Shown one piece after another: positions 14,044-28,111 of a stretch of 64,000 nucleotides of DNA (its first letter is position 1; each line of letters opens with the position of its first letter). The DNA lies in contig CM075996.1 in NCBI GenBank assembly GCA_038087875.1, positions 10,728,001 to 10,792,000 of the forward strand. Reading direction: 5' to 3'. The notes under the pieces were generated by a model that was given only the letters and a program-made list of their open reading frames with translations, did no database searches and had not been told where the DNA came from. The position numbers and the translations under genes are program-made. The stretch is from Malacoraja senta (lineage: Eukaryota).

Positions 14044-14269
14044 GTACAAGCATGCAAGCAGCCAGTGGCTCTAACTCTAGAGCAGACTATTGTAGTTCTA
14101 GACAGTAATTTATTCATAATATATACATTTAATGAAATTGGGGCATGTCTTGCTCTACGTTTCATCAATTCAGCACTTTCGCTTGCAATGTGTCAATGAA
14201 CACCACATCCTTAACAGTGCTCCCATGAAGTGTCTGAGAGTCCCTCAGTGTCTAGTGGTGGCCGGACCT

Positions 14270-15706
14270 TAGACATAGATACATAGAAAATAGGTGCAGG
14301 AGTAGGCCATTCGGCCCTTCGAGCCTGCTCCGCCATTCAATATGATCATGGCTGATCATCCAACTCAGTATCCCGTACCTGCCTTCTCTCCATACCCCCT
14401 GATCCCTTTAGCCACAAGGGCCACATCTAACTCCCTCTTAAATATAGCCAATGAACTGGCCTCAACTACCCTCTGTGGCAGAGAGTTCCAGAGATTCACC
14501 ACTCTCTGTGTGAAAAAGTTTTTCCTCATCTCGGTCTTAAAGGATTTCCCCCTTATCCTTAAGCTGTAACCCCTTGTCCTGGTCTTCCCCAACATCGGGA
14601 ACAATCTTCCTGCATCTAGCCTGTCCAACCCCATAAGAATTTTGTACGTTTCTATAAGATCCCCTCTCAATCTCCTAAATTCTAGCGAGTATAAGCCAAG
14701 TCTATCCAGTCTTTCTTCATATGAAAGTCCTGGCATCCCAGGAATCAGTCTGGTGAACCTTCTCTGCACTCCCTCTATGGCTATAATGTCCTTCCTCAGA
14801 TTTGGAGACCAAAACTGTACGCAATACTCCAGGTGTGGTCTCACCAAGACCCTGTACAACTGCAGTAGAACCTCCCTGCTCCTATACTCAAATCCTTTTG
14901 CTATGAAAGCTAACACACCATTCGCTTTCTTCACTGCCTGCTGCACCCCCATGCCTACCTTCAATGACTGGTGTACCATGACACCCAGGTCTCGCTGCAT
15001 CTCCCCATTTCCTAATCGGCCACCATTTAGATAATATTCTGCTTTCCTGTTTTTGCCACCAAAGTGGATAACCTCACATTTATCCACATTATACTGCATC
15101 CTCCTCACAGCTAACACTGCCCCCAAGCTTAGTGTCATCCGCAAACTTGGAGATGTTGCCTTCAATTCCCTCATCCAGGTCATTAATATAAATTGTAAAT
15201 AGCTGGGGTCCCAGCACTGAGCCTTGCGGTACCCCACTAGTCACTGCCTGCCATTGTGAAAAGGACCCGTTTACTCCTACTCTTTGCTTCCTGTTTGCCA
15301 GCCAGTTCTCTATCCACATCAATACTGAACCCCCAATACCGTGTGCTTTAAGTTTGTATACTAATCTCTTATGTGGTACCTTGTCGAAAGCCTTCTGAAA
15401 GTCCAGATACAACACATCCACTGGTTCTCCCCTATCCACTCTACTAGTTACATCCTCGAAAAATTCTATAAGATTCGTCAGACATGATTTACCTTTCGTA
15501 AATCCATGCTGACTTTGTCCAATGATTTCACCACTTTCCAAATGTGCTGCTATCCCATCTTTAATAAGTGACTCTAGCAGTTTCCCCACTACCGATGTTA
15601 GACTAACTGGTTTGTAATTCCCCGTTTTCTCTCTCCCTCCCTTCTTAAAAAGTGGGGTTACGTTTGCTACCCTCCAACCCTCAGGAACTAATGCATCCAC
15701 TATTTC
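14270..15706 (-). mobile_element. CR1 LINE, subfamily C
   Basis: RT/C-terminal ORF2 fragments and a (CATAGA)-type tail. Confidence 0.95.
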
Positions 15707-16290
15707 TAGACCGCGGCCACTCCCCCACAGCCTCTGCGGTGACTGCACTGAGCTTCAGTGTGTCCCTCACACCACATACACTCGCACCCTGGAATGTGCC
15801 AGTTGGCAGCAATTCATTTACCAACATTTTATCCGACACCTTTACCGACAGGAAGATCAATTTTTGTGCAGACCAACGTGAGTCTTCCGCTGAGATAATG
15901 ATCTTCCAGCAGCAGTTGACATTTATCTTGTTGTGCGTCCCTGTGAACAGCTCATAGATCACTGCTCAGGGTGAACCATGACAAGAGCCCTTGCATTCTT
16001 CTTCTGACCTTCCTGTCAAACACCCAGTGCATAAGGAGGTGAATGTTGTCCACACCACAACCACCTCAATGGCAGCGTGCAGTAGGGTGCTTTTCTGACC
16101 GAGCAGGCAGGATCTGACTGGGAGGGCTCCTCACACTGCTGTTGGCAAGTTCCTCTGTCTGCTTGGGGAGCCATCTGATGGGATCCATCGAGTTCTTCTC
16201 CCACAGTGCCTGTAGCTCGTTCTACGTTGATCACTTGTGGTCACAGGTAGTTTTCTTCAGGAACCTTTCTGTGAAGGACAGGTAGTAAGG
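15707..16290 (-). mobile_element. Old Tx1-like LINE 3' fragment
   Basis: IYELFTGTHNKINVNCCWKII parallels IYGLFPGTHSETDIECCWKVI of the 34.7-35.9 kb copy. Confidence 0.65.
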
Positions 16291-16470
16291 CAATGTCAAA
16301 CTGAATAGAATATTGCATAAATCTACACCAGCCAACATGTTCCAGCTACACTAGTCCCACCTGCCTGCGTTTGCCCCATATCCGTCCAAACTTCTTCTAT
16401 CCATGTCAATGTACTTTACTAATTATTTACCTGATCACATAATCCTGCTACCTTCTATGCAGTATACTTG

Positions 16471-17494
16471 TGGCAATGTCACAATTTTGAGATTTTAAAA
16501 ATCAAGTCTGCAATTTATCCCATCAGATAAAGCATAAAAAGAAGTTTAATATGACGCCTAATTCACTTTCATATCTTCAGTATTAAAAATGTTATGGCCA
16601 TTTTCATACTCTGAAATTAGCATCTTGTTCCCTATTGCTTTTCCATTGACTTAACTCAAAAGCTGTGATCGAGGACAGTCAAAAGCCCATAACTTTCTTA
16701 AATATTAAGAGAACTGAATGAAATTTTCAGTTATTATAGATTGAAGCATTCTAAAATCCAAGCATTACATGGATGACCTGAAATTAAAGCATATAATTAG
16801 TTAGTTACCTACTTGTAGCTAATTACAAAATTCAATTACTAGATCTAAACATCTATCCATTTCTTAAGAAAAGGTTAACATTTTTAAATAGCCTAAGTGT
16901 TCAAATAACATTCACACAAGAATTCACAATATAACATGATTTTTAAATCTCATTGTCATGAATTTATAGGCCAAATGGAAGGAATTTAGTGTTTAATTCC
17001 CGTAAATTAATGGCCATTTAAATCATGTTGCTTGTGGAACGCGATCGTTTGGAACGTTGCGGTTTGCGGTGAATTTAAACCCCATATCGGCAAGAAAAAC
17101 ACTGCCAGCTCGTATGGGCCCTAATCACCTTTTCGCAACGTAAAATTTGGATTAAAGTAATCCTAAGAAGCAAGTTTATATGTAAAATAAACGGCATACC
17201 TTTATTTGTCCCAGACGGGAGATCCGTCCCGTTGTCGGCGTTGACGGCGTTAGAAAGTCCATTTTTATTTTACTCCTGCGATTAAATTATCCAGCGATGT
17301 TTAAAAAAAAACTTGATTGAACGGATGTCGGAGCGATTTCTCTGCAGCAGCATAACAGCCTGAGAAAGATCGACTCCGACAGGCAGGAGAAAACGGCATT
17401 TTAATCCCGCCCCCCTCTCAAAGGCACCAAAGTCGCGCACACGGCCAGTGGCAGAACTGCAGCGCTGCTGAAGGTAAGTTTTGTAACATACCTA
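16471..17494. mobile_element. Non-autonomous TIR DNA transposon, about 1 kb
   Basis: 7-bp direct repeat ATACTTG at 16464-16470 and 17495-17501; imperfect 14-bp TIRs (10/14 match). Confidence 0.65.
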
Positions 17495-17692
17495 ATACTT
17501 GGGCTCTCCATTGCTCACTTTAATTAGACCTTGCTAATTCCAGATTATGGGAATGGATAAGAGGGATCATTTTGTGGGAACTGTTGAAGGGGGCATTGCC
17601 GTCTGGTTTCTGTATGTGTGTGGGCTCTGCACTCTATTGCACTCTACTGCCCCCTTCTTATCCCAGATTATTGTTATTTTTTCCTTTGGTAG

Positions 17693-17777
17693 GAAGTGAA
17701 AAGCATTGTGGAGCAAGCCTTGAAACTGTACAGCGCTGACAGGGTTGGATTGGTGGATTATGCACTGGAATCTGCTG
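17693..17777 (+). CDS. SUN1/2-like exon (EVKSIVEQALKLYSADRVGLVDYALESA)
   Basis: Matches the conserved ALxxYSxDxxGxxD(Y/F)ALES motif; ag| acceptor and |gtaagt donor. Confidence 0.95.
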
Positions 17778-20267
17778 GTAAGTATCAGCAAAAGCCCGGG
17801 CCAAGTAAAACTGAATGTAACAGACTGAAAGGGTGTTGTGTGGGCTGGCACTTTAGTCATGTTTGACTTGCTCCTGTGGAATGGGGTGTTCTTTCACACT
17901 GGGCAATATGTCCTGAATAGGCAAGTACAGATCTATGTTCACAATACAGGTTTCCCCAGAGCTGCTGAGGTTCACACTGCTGAATGTTAATTTAACTTGT
18001 AACTGCTTGATGTTGCGCCAGCCACAACTCATTTAAAGGCCGAGCCATCGATGGGATGGCCTTGCCCTGGGGCACCATTGGCTATCTTCATTCTGTCCAC
18101 TGCTCCATCATCCCTGCAAACACATAGGTTAATCTCTTGTGCACTCTTTCCGAAGCTTCATGTCTTTCTGAGGGCAAGGCAGCCAGGACTGGATGCACTA
18201 CTCCAGCTGTGGCCAAGCCTGTGTTTTACAAAGTTCCCCCATCACTTCTTTGCTCTTGTGCCCTGAGCTGTTATTTATAAAGTACAGGAGTTTTTAAACA
18301 ACATCCTAAACTTCCTTCTTTCAGTAAACTAGGCACATATATCACCCACGTGTGTAAGAAGGATGTGACGGTCTGATGAAGGGCCTCGACCCGAAACATC
18401 ACCCATTGCAGAGACACTGTTGTTTCTTCACTCCCTCTAGTTTACATTGCCTTATTCCTCCTCCCAAAATGAAATATTTCACATTTGAATTATAGCTGTA
18501 ACCAGCCTGTTCAAACCCTATTCTGTATTTGCCTCCAATTCCATTAATATCCCCTGTTCACAGTATCATCTGCAAATCTGGAACTACAAGTCATTTAATG
18601 CGTATGAAGAAAAGATGGGTCTTATTCTGCCCTCTGGCCAATTTTACAATTAACCTACAAACCTGTACATCTTTGGAGTGTGGGAGGAAACCAGAGCACC
18701 CGGAGAAAACCCATGCAGCCACAGGGAGAATGTAAAAACTCAGTACAGACAGCACCCGTTGTCAGGATCAAACCCAAGTCTCTGGTGCTGTCAGGCAGGA
18801 GGTCTACCGATTCGTCACTGCTGCCCTGATTTAATTGCTCCCCTCTTCTGTTGGTTAGCCAGTTTTATTCCTTGAAGGAAAGTTTAAGTTGCAGAGAAAG
18901 TGAGAACAAAATAGATAGACTGGAGACCAGGAGACATTTGAGATGAACGTCGATACCAGCTGGATCGGTGAAGATGCAACTAGTGGCAGGCGAATGAAAT
19001 CTTAAACACTGTAGAAATGCAAGAAAAGAAGACAAGCTCATGGTTTGAAAGGTGGATAGAAGCTTGGTTCTTCTCAAGCTAACATTGGAATTGTGTAGAA
19101 AGCTGAAGATCTACTTTAGGTTTCAGCCATCTGCAGAATCACCAGGATGCTGCCTGGAAAAGACAGAATGCTAGAATAGAATATTAGCTATAAGGGGAGG
19201 TTGGACAAACGGAATGTTTTTGCTGGAGCGTCAGAGGCTGAGACAAGACCTGATCGAAGTATATCAAATTATGAGTGAGATATATAGAGCAGTCTTTTCC
19301 CCAGGGTGGAAATGTCAAATATGCGAGGGCATAGAGTTAAGGTGAGAGGGGGGGATGTTTAAAGGAGATGTGTGAGGCAAGTTTTTCTTGCACAGCTGTA
19401 GGTGTGTTGTCAGGGGAGGTGGTGGAAGCAGATACAATAGTAATATTTAAAAGGCATTTGGACAGATACATGTACAGACAGGGAGTAGAGGGATGCAGAC
19501 CATGTCCAGTCAGATGGATGAGTTAGGCTGACATCATGGTCAGTGCAGACACAGTGGGACAAAAGGGCCTGTTCATGTGATGTAAATAGATGTTCTACAA
19601 TATATGAGAAATATATGTTCTACAATATAAATTGTCCTTTCTGGTTAGTCTCTAAACTAGGTCAGATGTAAAGCTATATGGCTTTATAATATTGAGAAAA
19701 AAAACCTATCCAGACAGCAGTCATTTGTAGCACATGTTCCCAGCTAACTGCCCACAAATAACAATATTTTTATACCTTGGTCAGTGGGTAGACGTTTTGC
19801 TTCCATTTTATGTAACATAAATCTTTCTCATTGTACTTATTTTTTTGCATAAAAGATCCTTGTTTATTATAGTTGTATTGAATGTAAAAATGATGAGAGC
19901 AAGTAAATGGTTGAGATTTGGGAGGGTACTTATCCAACCACTGCCACCTGGTGGGCATTCAGCTGTGTATTTAAAGTTTCAGCTGGATTCTGTGCTCCAA
20001 CCTGTTGGACATTGTATGAAAATTACCTTTCAAGTTTACTTAAACTACTGCGAATGTAACATTAAATTATTTCTGCATTTGTGCTGGATGTGTTGAGTTC
20101 TTGGACAAATTGGAAAGTTCTCCTTAGTGGTCAGCACTCAAGCAAAAACTTTCCAATCCCTCTGCCAGAGTTTTGCAGTTCTCTGCAAACCTACATATTC
20201 CTTGAAGGATTCATGATTAACTTTGTCCATTCAGTGATATGATAATGATTATTTTTTCTCTTGTTAG

Positions 20268-20383
20268 GTGGCAGTGTGATCCACACGCGCTGCTCAGAGA
20301 CGTTAGAGACCAAGACTGCTCTTCTTAGTCTGTTTGGCTTTCCACTGTGGTACCAATCTCGGTCACCCAGAGCTGTCATTCAG
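20268..20383 (+). CDS. SUN domain exon (GGSVIHTRCSETLETKTALLSLFGFPLWYQSRSPRAVIQ), includes KASH-lid region
   Basis: Close to SUN1/SUN2 STRCSETYETKTALxSLFGIPLWY; ttgttag| acceptor and CAG|gtatat donor. Confidence 0.97.
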
Positions 20384-22445
20384 GTATATAATGCTTGTAC
20401 TGCTGCTCCCTTCTGTCTTGAAAGCAGTGACCTTTGAATACTCTCCTAGAGGCAGCAAGGTACAGGGACGCTATAGGTCCACAACTTCAAGATTTGCTGT
20501 TGGGGGCACCACAACTAATGTGTGTGTCTTCTGCTTTACCGGTTTATGTGAAACATACTCTGTCTGCATAACAGTTCTTCCCTGTCAGAAGAATGCAAGG
20601 TATTGATATATATGTCGAAAAAATCATGCACTGGCCCACCATGCGTGCTTGTTCAGTACCACAGTTGTGGGATATGCAATAGAAACATGGAAATTATGAA
20701 CAGGAGTAAGCAATGTGGGCCTTCAAGCCCACTCAACCCCTCAGTATGATCATGGCTGATCATCCAAATTGAGTCCCCAGTTGGGGGACTCCCCATACCC
20801 TTCTCCCCATACCTCTTGGTCCCTCTAGCTACAAGAACAATATTTAACTCATGAGTATATTCAACGATCTGATTTCAATTGCATTCCATGATAGAGAATT
20901 CCTCTGGTTCACCACTCTGGATGAAGAGATTTCTCCCCCTCTGAGTTCTACATGACCTCACCTTATCCTCGCACTGTGATCCTGGTCCTGAAACTCCCCA
21001 GCATCAGGAACATCTTTCCAGTCCTTAGAACTTCTAAATTTTGTAGGTTTCTAAAAAATGATCATTCCTTCCAAACTCCAGTGAATATTGACCAGATTGC
21101 TCTTCATACGCCAGCCCTGCTATTCCTACAGTTAATCTGCTGCAATTTTGATCTGTTGCCTCCATAGCAAAAATATCCTTCCTTAAGAAAAGTGGGCTCC
21201 TTCCATCTGCTTTAACCAAATTACGATGCTTTATGGTCCCATTCCTCTCACCTGGATGTAGATTGCCAGTGTGTTTGTCAAATCTTCAATTAAGTACAGA
21301 TTTTTAAAATCCACTTATGGAGTCATATAGCACAGAAACAGGCCCTTTGTGCCCAACACATCCACGTCAAACATCAACTAATCCCATTTGCCAGCATTTG
21401 CCTGTAGCTTACAGAGGTGCCTGAGTCCAGAGGGTTGCGGTTTTAAAGCAAAGAAAGATTTAGAGGAAATCGGAGAAAGCATATTTTGGGTTGCATTTGA
21501 TCACACTGCCCGAGACAGAGGTCCTGCTGGTTCAGGTACTTGTCCTGGTACTTTGTAAATGGTGTGAGAGTATCTGTCTTGGGGGCAGTGTGTTAAAAAT
21601 GTCTCAGTAACTCCTGTTTTCTGCATTAACTTAATAATTGTCACACCATGAACCAAAAGCAGCAATGGGCTCTGCTGGAAAATTGTAGCGTGTTTTCTCA
21701 TTGTGCAGGGTTGAGGTAAATTGGCAAGAAACATTGAGGGTCGATACTGCAGATTCCTGCCATAGTAACCCACACCCCAACAACCCATTCCTGTTCCCAA
21801 AATCACCCTTGAGACCCGTTCTAATCAAGAATTTGTCTATCTCTGTCTTAAAAATATCCACTGACTTGGCCTCCACAACCCTCTGTGGCAATGAAGTTCC
21901 TCCTCCTTTCTAAAAGCGCACCCTTTAATTCTGAGGCTACGACCTCTGGTCCTAGACCCCTCCCACCAGTGGTAACATCCTTTCCACATCCACTCTATGC
22001 CTTTCATTATTCTGTAAGTACCCTCGTATCCTCACGTGGATCGTGTCCAAAAATCCATCTTTGCTGTCCCTTTCGGAAGAATCAGTGTTCTGTTGAAAGG
22101 AAGGGGAATAATTGTGGGTAGAGAATTGTGGGTGGCACAGTAGTAGAGTTGTTGCCTTACAGCGCTTGCAGCGCCAGAGACCCCGGTTCGATCCCAACTA
22201 TGGGTGCTGTCTGTACGGAGTTTGTACGTTCTCCCCGTGATCTGCGTGAGTTTATTTCCTAGATCTTCGGTTTCCTCCCACTCTCCAAAGACGTACAGGT
22301 TTGTAGGTTAATTGGCTTGGTAAATGTAAAACAAAATTGTTCCGACTGTGTGTAGGATAGTGTTAATATTTCTTGTTTCCGCGCTGAATATCTAAATGAA
22401 ACTGAGAATCTTTCCTAATTTTTTTTTTCTTGTTCTCTCTTGCAG

Positions 22446-22613
22446 CCGGATGTTCATCCTGGGAACTGTTGGCCATTTAAAGGCTCCCAAGGCTTTGTTG
22501 TAATCGAGCTTGCTGAATGGATCTGGCCTACAGCCTTTACCCTAGAGCACATTCCAAAATCAATTTCTCTGGGTGGATCAATTAGAAGTGCCCCTCAAGA
22601 CTTCTCTGTTTAT
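22446..22613 (+). CDS. SUN domain exon (PDVHPGNCWPFKGSQG...AFTLEHIPKS...SAPQDFSVY)
   Basis: Canonical SUN-domain PGNCW, LEH and SAP-DF motifs; polypyrimidine+cag acceptor, |gtgagt donor. Confidence 0.97.
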
Positions 22614-23464
22614 GTGAGTGAAACGTATAGAATATGAGTGTATGTTTGGGAACCATGGTGTTTGTCTGGAGCATGCTGCTGAACATGGCAAGGCTTTCTT
22701 GGACATTGGATTCCATGTTCAGGGTCCCGAGTGGTCTCACAATCCACGTCAATAACATTAACAAGTTCTGTTAAAAATGAGCAAATTCCATTTCACAGTC
22801 CAGAACAATAATCCCTCAAATAGAAGGCCCTCTAATATAATCTTCAATCTTCCATGCTACACAACTTGCTCATACTGGTGTTTGAACTATGATTCTGGAT
22901 TTTCACTGTCTTCACTGAATTTTGTCACTTTATTGCACAATCCTCAACGTTACTAACCACAAAAGCTTCATACAGTGATTAAGCAACTGTACAACCAATA
23001 GATGAGATTAAAGTTAACACTACCCTACACATACTAGGGACAATTTTTATGCCAAGTGCTTTCCTGAGTGGGGGTGAACAATTCTTCACTGGTATTCTCT
23101 CAGGATTGAGGATGACTTGCTTCCACTCTAGTTCTGTGGGTATAGAGGTGCCTGATGAGGCCCCTGTGGTGGGACACACTGATTCTACCACAGATGAGAG
23201 TTGATGCTACGCATGCAGGACATCGTTTAATTCTGTTTGATTGTGTACAGATTCACTTCATGTGCTAAATGAGGTGATGACATTTTTCCAATTGACTTTT
23301 AGGGAACTACTAGTTCTGTTTCAAATGAAATGACTTTATATATTCAACCAAGCTTTCTTCCAGGCAAGGGTGAAAGTCCTGCTTTCACCAGCTGGTATAA
23401 TTGTTGAAGTGACTGGAGAGTAATTTTCTATGTGCAAAGCTTGCTAATTTGTACTTGTTCACAG

Positions 23465-23557
23465 GGCTTGGATGATGAAAATCAAGCCGAAGGGGTCCTT
23501 TTGGGACAGTACACGTATAACGTGGAAGGGGATTCAATCCAGACGTTTGAAGTGCAG
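23465..23557 (+). CDS. SUN domain exon (GLDDENQAEGVLLGQYTYNVEGDSIQTFEVQ)
   Basis: Matches SUN LLGxFTYDxxGxxIQTF; acag| acceptor and CAG|gtatgg donor. Confidence 0.97.
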
Positions 23558-26229
23558 GTATGGAAGTGCATAAAGGATCATTGATTCTTTGCTGGAACCA
23601 TCCTATAACCTTTTCCTGAAGGCTTTTATTTTCCTTTGCCTCAGATATTTATCTAACTTTTACAAAAATATGCTTTGCGATGTAGTAACTGTTAACCAAA
23701 ATCTGGCATGTGCCAATATTTGACAGTTAGCTCCCTGGTGTTTGAACGGTGATTCTGAGTTTTGGTGCTGACTTCACCCATGTTTTAGTTTAACTTAGAG
23801 ATGCAGTTCTGAAACAGGCCCATAGTCCACACCAACCAACGATCCCCGCACACTCATATTAACAATAGACAATAGGTGCAGGAGTAGGCCATACGGCCCT
23901 TCAAGCCAGCACCATCATTCAATGTGATCATGGCTGATCATCCACAATCAGTATCCCGTTCCTGCCTTCTCCCCATATCCCCTATCATCAAGAGCCCTAT
24001 CTAGCTCTCTCTTGAAAGTTTCCAGAGAACCTGCCTCCACTGCCCCCTGAGGCAGAGAATTCCACAGACTCACAAGACCCACACGAGGGACAATTTACAT
24101 TTATACCAACACAATTAACCTACAAACCTGTATTTGGTGTGGAAGGAAACCAAAGATCTCGAAGAAAATCTACGGGGAGAATGTACAAACTCTGGAACCC
24201 GGAGTTGTAAGGCAGCAACTCTACCGCTGCGCCTCCGTGCCACCCTTTTCTCACTTAAAACATATTTGCTTTAGGCAAATGCTTTATAGAATGCCAACCT
24301 GATTCATTCCAGTATTGGAGATCAAGGTGGCAAAGATCAATCACATGATCCAGGAGCCACCAGTGAGTGAATGGGGATGAACTCCAGTGAAGGCAACTAA
24401 AGCTTGAAATTCTCGCACAGTGCTGTTTTCATGCAGTGTCTTGAGATCCCTTTTACTCTGGAAACTGCAGTATTTACTGTGATTGTCCCCGTTGTGCATC
24501 TGATGTGGTCTCCGCATTGGTCTTTGCAGGGGGTTGTCATTCTTTCTTCTTTTGTGGCATTGCCACAGACGTTCAACCAAGTTGATCATGCCCAGGATAC
24601 TGCGTTATAAAGAACATACTTTTTTGTGTTTCTTATCACCATTTTTCGGCATGATATTTCATCTGCATGTCCCTCCTCATTCATTTAACCTGTCATTATC
24701 CAAAGAAGCCTCTCCTAATCCTGTTCAGCTCACACAGCCACCCTGCTTTGGTTAGCAAACTTCCATACATTTTGATCCCTTTGTCCAAATTATAAATGGG
24801 ACTTAGTTGGACACTTTCTGAAAGTCTAAATACACACCATCTTACTCCTGCTAGTTAAACCATTAAAAAAAAATTGAATGGATTTGTCAAACATTTGTCA
24901 TTGAAAATCAAACTTGACCCTACTCAGCCTATTTATTTTAAGCATTATGTTACTACTTCTGTATTAATAGATTGCATTATTTTGCATAACTCAAAGGCAG
25001 ATTGATCTGTAACTCCTTTTTTTTAATCTCCCTCCTTTCTGAAATTTCTGTTTTGTGGGAAAAGTTCCACCTTTTATGGAATTTTGAAAGATGACACTGT
25101 TGCTATAGCCATCTTTCAAAATATTAAGATGCAGTTTGTCCAGCCATGGGGATTTATCATCTTTAGTTACTTCTTTGTTTTACTAATGCTAATTTCCCCG
25201 AGCTCCTTCATTCTGGATGTATTGTTCTCCACAATTTCTTTCTACCTTAACAATGCAACACTGGTTAGAACCTAAGGTAGGCCCTGTACTGGGCCTCTTG
25301 ATCCCCAAGATCTAATCCTAATCATTCTTGTTCCTGCGCCACTGGTCAGCTAAGACTTACAATGGAGGCCCTATCTAGATTCATGTCCAACCCCCTTTCC
25401 CCAATCTTGCTTGCAGTTGATCCCTTCTCAACTGAACAGATTTGCAGCCCCCTTCAGTAATGCTCATGGGTCTTGGCTGTGAGATCTGACCCAAGGGATC
25501 AGATGGACTGTCAATAAGTTTTCTCACATGTGTCTTTTGCTAAAGATTAAATATGTTTGGCAAGTATGTCAGGAGTTTGATTTGCAAATAGCGCATTGTG
25601 TAAGAAGGAAATGCTGATACTGCAGATGCTTTACACCGAAGATGAACACAAAATGCAGGAGTAACTCAGTGGGACAGGCAGCATCTTTGGAGAAAGGAAT
25701 GGGAGGGGTTTCGGGTCGAGACCTTTCTTCAGACTCGTATTATCGCAAATATCGTATTGACTGGAACAAATGACGAGTTAAAAATAGAAAATTGCAAATC
25801 TGCAGGTGATGGAGGACTGAAACACAATGCTAGAAATACTTGGATCAGGTGCAAAGATAGGGAAACCGAGGAGAGCTGGATCAGTGGCTGATCTACTTGA
25901 AGCATCTACAAGTTTCAAACTTGCTAAACCAATCATGAAACCAGATTACAGATTGTAGAAACAAGAACCTGCAGATGTTGGTTTACCAAAGAAAGACGCA
26001 AAATGCTGGAGTAACTCAGCAGGTCAGGCAGGTCCAGGAATGCTGCCTGACCCACTGAGACTCCAGCATTTTATCTTTCCAGGATAGAAGTTTATTTTTC
26101 TTGGCCACTTTATTCACAATTTGTCAGTTGCTGCAAAGCAAGCCTGTGCAAGTAAGCATGTTCTCTCCCCGTCCACGATGCTACATGGAGTAAAGCTGTT
26201 GCTCCCAGTATTTCATGCTGTAATTTGAG

Positions 26230-27517
26230 ATCAGTGGTGGGCAAATTAATGGAAAGGATACTTAGAGATAATATATATAATCATCTGGATAAACAGGGTC
26301 TGATTTTGAACAGTCAACATGGATTTGTGCCTGGAAGGTCATGTTTGACTAATCTTGAATTTTTTGAAGAGGTTACTAGGGAAATTGATGAGGGTAAAGC
26401 GGTGGATGTTGTCTATATGGACTTCAGTAAGGCCTTTGACAAGGTTCCACATGGAAGGTTGGTTAAGAAAGTTCAATTGTTGGGTATTAATAGTGGAGTA
26501 GCAAGATGGATTCAACAGTGGCTGAATGGGAGATACCAGAGAGTAATGGTGGATAACTGTTTGTCAGGTTGGAGGCCGGTGACGAGTGGGGTGCCTCAGG
26601 GATCTGTGTTGGGTCCACTGTTGTTTGTCATATACATCAATGATCTGGATGATGGTGTGGTAAATTGGATTAGTAAGTACGCAGATGATACTAAGATAGG
26701 TGGTGGTGTGAATAATGAAGTAGATTTTCAAAGTCTACAGAGAGATTTAGGCCATTTGGAAGAGTGGGCTGAAAGATGTCAGATGGAGTTTAATGCTGAT
26801 AAGTGTGAGGTGCTACATCTTGGCAGGACAAATCAAAATAGGACGTACATGGTAAATGGTAGCGAATTGAGGAATGCAGTTGAACAGAGGGATCTAGGAT
26901 CAGAGCATTGAGTATAGAAGTTGGGATGTAATGTTAAAACTGTACAAGGTATTGGTGAGGCCAATTCTAGAGTATGGTGTACAATTTTGGTCACCAAATT
27001 ATAGGAAAGATGTCAACAAAATAGAGAAAGTACAGAGGAGATTTACTAGAATGTTGCCTGGGTTTCAGCACCTAAGTTACAGAGAAAGGTTGAACAAGTT
27101 AGGTCTTTATTCTTTGGAGCGCAGAAGGTTTAGGGGGGGACTTGATAGAGGTCTTTAAAATTATGAGAGGGATAGACAGAGTTGACGTGGATAAGCTTTT
27201 TCCATTGAGAGTAAGGAAGATTCAAACAAGAGATGATTTGAGAATTAAGGGACAAAAGTTTAGGAGTAACATGAGGGGGAACTTCTTTACTCAGAGAGTC
27301 GTAGCTGTGTGGAATGAGCTTCCAGTGGAAGTGGTGGAGGCAGGTCCGATTTTATCATTTAAAAATAAATTGGATAGGTATATGGACGGGAAAGGAATGG
27401 AGGGTTATGGTCTGAGTGCAGGTAGATGGGACTAGGTGAGAGTAAGTGTTCGGCACGGACTAGAAGGGCCGAGATGGCCTGTTTCCGTGCTGTAATTGTT
27501 ATATGATTATATGGTTA
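26230..27517 (+). mobile_element. CR1 LINE, subfamily B
   Basis: Near-identical to 3637-5005, with one internal deletion near 26900. Confidence 0.95.
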
Positions 27518-27891
27518 CATAGATACATAGAAAATAGGTGCAGGAGTAGGCCATTCGGCCCTTCGAGCCTGCACCGCCATTCAATATGATCATGGCTGAT
27601 CATCCAACTCAGTATCCCGTACTTGCCTTCTCTCCATACCCCCTGATCCCCTTAGCCACAAGGGCCACATCTAACTCCCTCTTAAATATAGCCAATGAAC
27701 TGGCCTCAACTACCCTCTGTGGCAGAGTTCCAGAGATTCACCACTCTCTGTGTGAAAAAGCTTTTCCTCATCTCGGTCTTAAAGGATTTCCCCCTTATCC
27801 TTAAGCTGTGACCCCTTGTCCTGGACTTCCCCAACATCGGGAACAATCTTCCTGCATCTAGCCTGTCCAACCCCATAAGAATTTTGTACGT
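27517..27891 (-). mobile_element. CR1 subfamily C 3' end, tail-to-tail with the subfamily B copy
   Basis: Matches 14277-14650. Confidence 0.9.
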
Positions 27892-28111
27892 TATCCATGT
27901 TCTTCTCATACCTCTGTAAATCATCTACCTTTTCCATGATAAAATGCTTGTTATCAATGCTGTATGTAATTGAATAGAATGTCCTGAAATCCATGATCAG
28001 CAGGATGTTTCAAGTCTGCTTTGTAGCTAATCCATCTTCTCTCCTGCCTACAGTACTTTCATACTGAAGCACAGGTTCCCTGATCTGTCATTTTGTTTTT
28101 TTGCTTTGTAG

